DNA of 64,000 nucleotides from Azolla caroliniana (lineage: Eukaryota > Plantae > Polypodiophyta). Location: positions 3,410,001 through 3,474,000 of the forward strand of contig JBHGNT010000005.1 of the NCBI GenBank assembly GCA_043228905.1. The letters run 5' to 3'. Numbering within the stretch: position 1 is the stretch's first letter; each line of letters starts with the position of its first letter. The notes beneath the pieces are model-generated. The model had not been told where the DNA came from. It saw only the letters and a list, made by a program, of their open reading frames with translations, and searched no databases. The translations under genes and the position numbers were made by a program. Shown here one piece after another: positions 12,154-21,400 of this stretch.

Positions 12154-12185
12154 AAGTGCCTTGCACTTCGAATCCACTCTCGGCC

Positions 12186-15076
12186 TCATTCTTCCTCCAA
12201 AATATCGAGCACACTCTGCTCGATGGTGTCAAGTGGTGCTTCTTCCTCCTGTTCCTGTTCCTTGCCTGCCTGGTCTCCGACCTCCGGTTGGGTGGGCTGT
12301 TCCGTAAAAATTTGCTGCTCCGGCTCTGCTTGATTCTGTGGTGCCGGTGCTTCCTCACCGCTTCGTCCGGGTTCTTCCTGTTCTCCCTCTGTTCCAGGCT
12401 CTGTTCTGTTACCAGTGTCGCTTTCTCTGGTCTCGACTGGTCGGCTCGATACGCCTCCTTCCTCTGCTCTGGTGTCTTCCGGTCTCAGCTCTTCTTCTTC
12501 TCCGGCATCGGTCTGCTCCTGCTCTTCTTCTTCTCCTTCGATCAGAAGTTCTTCTTCGGGTATTCCTCGTCGAGGTTGTTCGGTGTCGGTTGGTTCAACT
12601 TCAGCCGGTCGCTCTCCGTCACTTATAGTGATTGGCGTCGTTCTTCCCTTAGCTTCCTGTCGTAATCGGTCCTGCTCGTATCTCTCCAACTCCAACCGAG
12701 TTGCGAGCTGCCCGTCATCCAACCTCTCTACCAACCCTCAGATTTCTTTGAGATGTTCTTCCGCTAAAGCGTAGAAATCCTCCGACAATTCTTCCCGAAT
12801 GGCGACGATACTTTCTTCATCCATCTTGTAGAACTTGTCACCGGTCTTCCTCCGATTCTCGGCATCCGCTCGGAGTGTCTGCAGCTCGGCTGCCTGTTGT
12901 GACCACTCCTTCCATAGCTTTTCCGTACTTTTGTTGATGCTTGCCTGAGCTCGGGTACTCCATCCTGACATGATGAGCTTGATCCGGTCAACCCCCCCCT
13001 TAGCATGCGCATAAGCTTCTTGCTTTTCCTTCCTTGCCCGTTTTATAATGTCGGCCATTATCTGAGCCTGGGCCTCGTAATCCGCTTTCTGCTTTTCATA
13101 GGTACTTTGCAGTTTGCTGATCGTGAAGGTCGATTTTTCCTTTTCTTCATTCCTGATCTTGGTCAGATCCAGCTTTTCCCGCCTTAGCGCCTCTAATTCC
13201 TTCCTTCTCTCCGTCGCTTGGGCTATTTCCGCCGACAATGCTTCCTTGTTGGCACTGACCTCATCTATTGCCTTAGCCAGGTCTAATCGGGTCTCTTTGA
13301 GCTGTTCTTTCAGCTTCTCTATTTGTCGGTCGTAGTCTGCTGCCCGTTTCTTGTTGTCCGACTCGGCCTGCTTGTGATCTCGGTAGAGACGGTCGAAGTC
13401 CTCCGTCTTCTGGTTCAGGCGTCGGTTTTCCTGAGCTCTTAACCGATCGTCCCGGTCCTTCTATTGTCGGAGTTCTTCCTGCAGTCGTTCTATCTCCTGC
13501 TCGGCATGTCGACGCAGTTGGTCCTTCTCCTTTTGTAGCTTCTCTTTTTCTTCTTGCAGTCGGTCATTAGCGGCTCGACCTTTCCGGAGGCCTTCTTCCA
13601 TTTTTCGTCTGTCGTCCTCCACCGCTTTCCGCTGCTCCCTTTCTCTTTCCCTTAATGCCTCCTGAGCTTTTAACTCCTCTCGTAAGGTTTCTATTATTTT
13701 TTCGGTCTCAGGGCCGGTTTGCAAGGCTACCGGTTCCGGTTCCGGTTCTGGTTGCTTCCTTGTTGTCCCGACCGGCTCAGTGACAACTTGTGCTTGTTGA
13801 ATTCCTTCCCTTGCCTGCAACAGCTCCCCTTGCATTTCCTTGATTTGTGTTCGGAGCGCGACCAACTCCTGAGTTGTATGCGTCAACTGTTGCCTACACG
13901 TTTCTTCTTTCTCTAACTGGTCCGCTACTCCCGATAACTGCTCCGAAAGCCATCTCAGCCATTGTGGCTTTGTTCTTCCTGTGTCGGGGTGGCCTTGCTC
14001 ACTTAACTCAGGCTGTTTTTCCGGCCTTTTCTCTGGCTCCTGCGCTTGTTCCTTCTTCTTCTCTGGGATGACCGGTTCTCTGAAGTTCGGCACAACCGGT
14101 GTCGGTGCTGCTTCCCTTGGTACGGGTTTCGGTACTACTTCCGCCTTGGCTACTGGAGGTGGTCCTTGCGCCCTCTGCTGAGTTTTGTCAACTGGTGGAG
14201 CCGGTCCTTTCACCCGTCTCTCCTGACCTTGTCTTGCTGGGAGTCTTACCAGTGGTTCGGATGAGTCTTCTGTTTCAGCTTCCTCCTCCGGTGCAGCTAC
14301 CAGGCGGACCTTTTGTATAAAGTCCTCTTGTTCCGGTTCCGGCCATCGCAGCGTTATATGGATTGGTTTGCGCGCTACTGGTTCCTCCTCGGCCGATTTC
14401 CCTTTGCCTTTACCTGCCGGTTTTGCTTTTGTTGCCGGTTCCTGTTGTTGTCGGGATGGTCCTTCCCCCCGCTGTTCTGCTTCTTGCTGGGTCCATCCGG
14501 GGGTGTGTTTCTCCAAGATCTGTCGGTGCTTTGTGACCTTTTTCGGTGTCGTCTCCTGCCGACCTCTTTTCTTTTGTGTGATGGGGAGCACCGGTGGGAC
14601 TAACACCGTTCGCCATTGTGCTATCCCGGCCCATGGCTTTTTTCCTTCCACAAGATTCTTGATGGCCTCCTTCAATCCTTCGGTTATGAAATGGAGCCAG
14701 TCTACTTGTAAGCCTTCATACGCTGCTATTAAGAACGCTGCCCGGTACTTGGCTATGGCCGGGGGACGAGGATTCACGAATCCGTATTCCATCATGGCGC
14801 GGGCCACTTCTATGAACAGCAGGTTCTCTCCGCCCTGTGTTCGGTACGCCTTGCTGCTGATAGAGTACTCACCGAAATATTCGAATAGGATTTCGCTTGA
14901 AGCCCTCCTGTTTTTATCCCCGTGAGCGCCTGCACCGCTCCTTCCGTGACTTCTGATAAATCGATCGATGCTGCCGCCTGCTCTGGTTCTGCATGTGGTG
15001 GAGCGTCGGCAATCCGCATCAATCCTTTTAACCCGTTCTCCCTCATCCATTGGCGTGCCTCTTCCAACAGTACCAT
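12186..15076 (-). pseudogene. Extra ORF of gypsy C (~960 aa): globular N-terminal domain, Pro/Glu-rich linker, long coiled coil, acidic tail
   Basis: ORFs 13461..15050, 12738..13238 and 12186..12734 are in one frame, separated by single stops (TAG 13461, TGA 12738). The probable start ATG at 15076 is joined by one frameshift near 14900. Confidence 0.8.
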
Positions 15077-15510
15077 TGTTTCGAATTCTTCTTCTGCTGC
15101 CTGTTGTTCGGGATCGGGCTGTGTGTGCTCTGTGCGTCGGATCGCTCTTATGTGCTTCTACGCCTGTATATAGGAAAATTCGTAAAAAGTGAGTCCTTCG
15201 CAGGCCTGTGTCTTATATAGTGGCTTTTGCCTCGAGCCGCCCTTTTTCGTTTCCCGCGCATGTTCCTCTCCCGCCATAATTAGTATGTCCTTTCTTGTTT
15301 GCCGCGTGTGAGTGCCCACGTTCCATGCTTTAAATAGCAAGTACGTGCACGTCCTTCTTTAATGCATGGCGCCTCTTCGTTGCATGGTGGCGCTCCCACC
15401 TCTTGTGATCTCCCCATCATTACTATGATTCGCGTCGATTTTGCCCACGTTTTCTTTTCTTTCTTTTTTTCTTTTTTTTTCTTTTTTTTTTTTTCTTTGT
15501 TTGGACCACG

Positions 15511-18427
15511 TCATTTGCTGGTCCCCCCCGATTTGTTCGGGTCGGTTCGTGTGGATACTGGATCCTTCTGTCGGTTTTTCGGGATAGTCTTTGTCAGTAT
15601 CGGTGTCGGTTCTTCCTCGGTCCGAATATCTTCAACAGCGTCTGTCGGTGTCGGTTCCTCATCTTGCCGGATTTCCGGGTTTTGCTTGAACGGGTTCGCT
15701 GGCATATTTCCCTTATACGGCTTTAGCCGAAACCCATTTTCCCACTTGCCGATGACATCTCCAGACAACGTGCCGAGCTGATACGACCCATTGTACTCCT
15801 TGGTGATCCAGAACGGTCCGGTCCATCGAAACCGCAACTTTCCCGGCATGTTCCCCATCCGTGTATGGAATAGTAGCACCAGTTTCCCGACTTCGAACTC
15901 CTTTTCGTTGCCACGCCGGTGTCGGTCCACGAAAGCTTTTCTCCTCCTTTGCTCTAGTTCGAGTTGTAGTAAGCTGGCTATTCGGTTTTCTTCTAATTCC
16001 AACAACGTCGCCAACCGGATTCGTTCGGACTCGTTCTCACTTAAGCGCACCTTCACCTGAATCCGTAAGCTGGGGATCTGGAACTCTACCGGCATGACCG
16101 CTTCTAAACCGAATGCTAGTCGGAACGGGGTTGTCCGGATGCTGGTTTTGTACGTTGTTCGGTATGCCCATAGCGCGCTTTGCAATTTCATATCCCAGTC
16201 GGTCCGGTTCTCGTTGACGATTTTTCGTAGGATGTTCTGCAGAGTTTTGTTCGTTGATTCCGCTAGTCCATTGGCTTGAGGGTAGTAGGGAGTACTCTTT
16301 TTATGTACCACCGCGTAAAATGACGTCAGGCTTTCTACTACCTGCCCGAGAAAATGTCCTCCTTGGTCACTTATAAGCTCGATCGGGCATCCATACCGGC
16401 ACCATATGCACTCGTACAGAAACTTTGCCGTGGACGCGGCCGTGTTGTCCAGTAAGGCCTTTGCTTCTACCCATTTGGTGCAATAGTCGGTCGCCACTAT
16501 GACATACCGATTTCCGGTTCGCATTGCCGGTGGCTTGAAGGGACCGACAAAGTCCAAACCCCACTTTTGAAACGGTTCCAAAGGCAAGACCGGGTGGTGT
16601 GGCATCCGGGCCTGCTCCGTGGGTTGGCCCAGTCGTTGACACAAATCGCATTCTCTGCTATACTTCACGGCATCTTTTAGGGTGGTGGGCCACCATAGTC
16701 CGCTCTGCCATATTTTCCGAGCGGTTGCGTCGCCGGCATAATGCCCGCCGGCAATTCCACAGTGGGCTTCCCTGAGGATTAGATCCTTCTCATCGCTCCA
16801 CACTGCTCGTCTCCAGATGCCATCTGCCCCCTTGTGATAGAGGGTGTCTCCAACCAAGCAGAAATGTCTGCTTCTTACTGCTACCCTTTTCCTTTCATCG
16901 CGGTCCATGTTCTCCGGGGGAACTCCGGTGCTCAGGAACTGATGCATCTCAGTTAGCCACGTGTCTTCATCGGCTACCGTTGCATCCGTTGCCGGTTTCG
17001 TCGTGATCCGGAACAACTCGGCGTCGGGGAACTCATCCTGGACGCCATCCCCTGCTTCTCCGGATTCGAGTCTGCTTAGGTAGTCCGCTACCGCATGTTG
17101 CGCCCCGGGTCGGTGGAAAATGTCGAATTCAAATTCCTGTAACAATAGTGTCCATCGTGCAATTTTTCCTGTCAGGGATGCCTTCGAGACCAGGTAGAGT
17201 AGTGCCGAATGGTCGACATGGAAGGAAAACTTCCTTCCGAGCAGATAGTGCCTGTACTTTGTGACACTATACACCATTCCCAATGCCTCGTGTTCCGTCG
17301 TAGAGTAATTCCGCTCGGCTTTTGAGAGTTTTCGGCTTGCGTAGTACACCGGTCGGTACCATTTCGGCTCCGTGAGTTGCATCAGAACGCTGCCGATTGC
17401 TACGTCTGACGCGTCGACGAAGACGTGAAAGCTTTTACTCCGATCCGGCGGTTGCACCACCGGAGCTTGCGACAGCATAACCTTCAACGCTTGGTAGGCT
17501 TCCTCCTCCGTCTCCGCCCATAGGAAGGGTACCCTGTGTACGGCGGTATGTAATGGTGTAGCGAAGTCTGCGAGGTGCCGTATCATCCGGCTATGCCACC
17601 TTATTTGGCCCAGGAATCGGCTTAAAGCCTTTGCGTTATTTGGTGCTGGTGCCTCGAGAATCCCCTTGACTTTATCCGGATCTACTGCGATTCCTTCCTT
17701 ACTCACCACGTGCCCTAGTAAGTTGCCGCTTGCCACTCCAAAGACGCACTTGGCCGGGTTCAGGCTCAATCGGTACTCGCGGCACTTCTCCAAGCACAGC
17801 CGGAGGTGATCGAGATGCTCTCCGTGCCGGCTGTAGACCGTGAAATCGTCAAGGAAGACCTGCATAAAACCTGGGATATATTCCCCGAAAATTTCCATTA
17901 TTATCCTTTGAAAAGTCGCTGGAGCCGTCTTTAGTCCGAACATCATCACGACCGCGACGAACACTCCCCATTCCGTCACGAACGTTGTCTTCTCCTGGTC
18001 GGCCGGGTTCATTCGTATTTGGTTGTAGCCGCTAAATCCATCCAGGAAGCTGTAAACTTCGTGGCCGGCTACCGCATCTAACACCCCGTCCGTAAATGGT
18101 AGTGGAAACGCATCGGTCACTGTTGGGGCATTTAGTTTTCGGTAGTCCACGCATACCCGGATTTTGCCGCTCTTTTTCGGGACCACCACTATCGGACTTA
18201 GCCAGGTTGCCTGCTTGACCGGTCGGATAAATCCGACCCGGAGGAGCTTATCAATTTCCTCCTTCACCTTTGCCGCATAATTCGGATTCATCCGGTACCT
18301 GCGTTGAACGATCGGTTTCGCGTCCGTACTTAGGTGAATTTGGTGCTGATAGAGTTGGGGGTCCAGCCCTCGCATGTCTTCGTACGACCACGCGAACACA
18401 TCCTTGAAGTCTGTTAATAATGCTACC
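15511..18427 (-). CDS. Gypsy C pol, RT-RNaseH-integrase portion (open frame, separated from PR by D)
   Basis: RT motifs WLSPIVVVPKK, RVCVDYRKLN, LDGFSGYNQI, MFGLKTAPATFQR and FLDD. RH motifs VDASD and YYASRKL. INT motifs HHCC, WGLDFVGP, SDQG, QANGLAE and the GPF motif. Confidence 0.93.
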
Positions 18428-21400
18428 TGTTGCTAAAACCGCGCTCGGCCACAACCGAGGAATAGGATCGACTCACAGAAAACGGGAAATACCAAGTGCA
18501 CGAAGTACAATAGAGAGAAAGGTACACTGGATGTTTTACGTGGAAAACCCTAAATGGGAAAAACCACGGGAGTTCTCAAACTCCAACTATCACTATACAC
18601 AGAGATGTACAATGGTGAAGCTACAAGGCAACACCTTGAGCTCACTGTCTTCGCCACAGGCGGCGGTAATACACAGAGGCAACGACCTCTTCGTCTTTCT
18701 CTCTCTCTCTCTCTCTCGGCTGCTCTCTTCACTCTCTCTCTCTCTGTGAAAACAGAACATGAGCAACAACAACAACCTGTTTGCCCTAAGTCATATTTAT
18801 ACACATATGACTTTCGGGCTATTTACAAATATAGCCTCAAGAGGCTCTTGGCAAAACATATTCACAAATATGTCTCCGCATCCGGATCTCTCTCCGGGTA
18901 CATTCGTCATCCGGCTCCGTTACCGGGGTCTTCAGCATCCGGCTCCGTAGCCAGGGTCTTCATCATCCGGCTCCGTAACCGGAACCGGGCTTGCCGTCAT
19001 CCGGATCTCTCTTCGGGTACATTCGTCATCCGGCTCCGTAACCGCAACCGGGCTTGCCGTCATCCGGATCTCTCTCCGGGTACATTCGTCATCCGGCTCC
19101 GTAACCGCAACCGGGCTTGCCGTCATCCCATCCGGAGGGACCGAAATCCCAACAAACTCCCCCTTCACTTCGGCATGGGATGTCTCTCCAATCCGATCCT
19201 CTTCCGGCATGCTTCCAGCTTGTCGGGTGTGAGCACCTTGGTCAGCATATCCGACCCGTTCTCGTCCGTGTGGATCTTCGTCAACATGAACTCCTTGTCT
19301 TCTATCCTTTCCCGGATCCAGTGGTATCTACGCTGGATGTGTTTCGTCCGGGAATGGTAGGCCGCGTTCTTCGCAAGGTGGATGGCACTCAGACTATCGC
19401 AGTAGAGTCGGTACTCCTCCTGCCGGATACCGAGCTCTCTAATGAAGTCCTTCATCCATATTATTTCCTTGCCGGCTTCAACAGCCGCCATGTACTCCGC
19501 CTCCGTGGTTGACAGCGCAACCGTCTTCTGCAGCCTCGACTGCCACGAAACAGCTCCACCTACATACGTCATCACATACCCTGATGTGGACCGGCTGGTA
19601 TCTGCATCAGCCGACATATCCGAATCGGTAAAGCCGTCGAATTCGGGCTTACCGGAGCCGAATCGGAGGCACACGTTTGCCGTGCCCTTCAGGTATCGAA
19701 GTATCCACTTGACCGCGTTCCAGTGCTCTTTGCCGGGATTGCTCATGTACCGGCTCACCACTCCAACTGCATATCCTATGTCCGGTCTTGTACACACCAT
19801 TGCGTACATCAAGCTTCCGACGGCAGAGGCATATGGTACTTTCATCATGTCCTCCTTCTCAGCCTTTGTCTTGGGGCTTTGCTTGCTGGACAACTTGCAG
19901 TTTGCCGGGAGGGTCGATCCGACCGGTCTTGCTTCCGACATGTTGAACCGTTTAAGCACCTTTGTCACGTACTTCTCCTGTGACAACCACAACTGCTTCT
20001 TGCTCCGGTCTCGGATGATGTGCATCCCTAGTATTTGTCTCGCCGGACCCAAGTCCTTCATTGAGAAGGTTCGGTGAAGAGCCTTCTTCAGCATCCGTAT
20101 TTTGACCTGGTCTCGTCCGACGATCAACATGTCGTCCACGTACAGGAGGAGTATTAGAAAGTCTCCTCCTTCGAACTTCTTCACAAACACACAGTGATCG
20201 GACTGCGTTTTGTGGTACCCTTCGTCTGACATGAAGGAGTCGAACTTTCGGTACCATTGCCGGGGAGCCTGCTTCAGTCCGTAAAGGCTCTTCTTCAACC
20301 GGCATACCAGGTGCTCCTTCCCTTTCTTCTCGAATCCTTCTGGTTGCTGCATGTAGATCTCTTCTTCGAGGTCCCCGTGAAGGAATGCCGTCTTCACGTC
20401 CATCTGTTCTACCTCGAGGTCCATGCTTGCCGCTATGCTCAGCACCGTCCGGATGGAGGTCATCTTCACTACCGGGGCAAATATCTCGTCGAAGTCGACG
20501 CCCTTCTTTTGCTGAAACCCCTTCACCACGATCCTGGCTTTGTATCTCGGGGGGTTTCCGGCATCTCCCGGTTTCAGCTTGAACACCCACTTGTTTCGAA
20601 GTGCCCGCTTTCCTTTCGGCAACTCCACAAGTTCATATGTGTGGTTCTCATGCAGGGAATCCATCTCGTCCTGCATGGCACTCAACCACCTGCGGCTCTG
20701 GGTGTCATGCTTTGCTTCTTCAAAGCTCTCCGGCTCCCCCTCGTCGGTTAGCAGCACGTGCTCTGGTTCCGGAAATCTCCGGGGGGCCCTTCTCTCTCTT
20801 AGAGGGTATCTCCGTTCCGGAGCCTCGGTAACCGGTTCTTCCGATTCTTCTTCATCCGAATCCATTTCGGGATCGGGGCCGGTTCCGGTATTATTTTCAT
20901 CTTCTTCGGCCGGTTCTGTTTCTTCACCGTCTTCGGCCGGATCCTCGAGTGCTAACCGGTCCCTTGCCGGTCGGGACTGCTCCTCGTAGAGTTGATCCTC
21001 ACCGGTCGACTTTGAGCTCTTCATCTTCTTCTCCGACTCCCAGTCGGCGAGTGTCTTGTCCTCCATGAAGATGATGTCTCGACTCCTGAATATCTTCTTG
21101 TCGACCGGGTCCCATACTCGGTAGCCGAACTCGTCGTCGCCGTAACCGAGGAATATGCATGGCCGGGTCTTTGGATCTAGCTTTCCTCTCCGGTCCTTTG
21201 CCACATGCACGTATGCGAGACACCCGAACACCTTCAGATGCCGGTAGGACACTTCCTTACCGGTCCACACTCTCTGTGGCGTGTCTCCATCCAGGGGTAC
21301 TGAGGGTGATCTATTTATCACATATGTCGCCGTCGACATTGCCTCAGCCCAAAATCCCTTGGGTAATTTCGCATGCGCCAGCATACTCCGGACCCTCTCC

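Noticed and set aside
11746-12155. Element C read as a plus-strand element (LTR followed by PBS at 12138)
   Set aside because: All ORFs, the LTR TATA box and a second PBS at 26963-26972 are on the minus strand.
12138-12210. A tRNA-Arg gene or tRNA-derived SINE
   Set aside because: Only the 3' end matches. There is no D-arm, anticodon arm, A-box or 5' acceptor strand, and the upstream sequence is the extra ORF.
18554-19360. Long + strand ORFs in the D LTRs (also 23395..24519)
   Set aside because: They arise from stop-free CT and 60-bp tandem repeats, cross element boundaries and contain no protein motifs.
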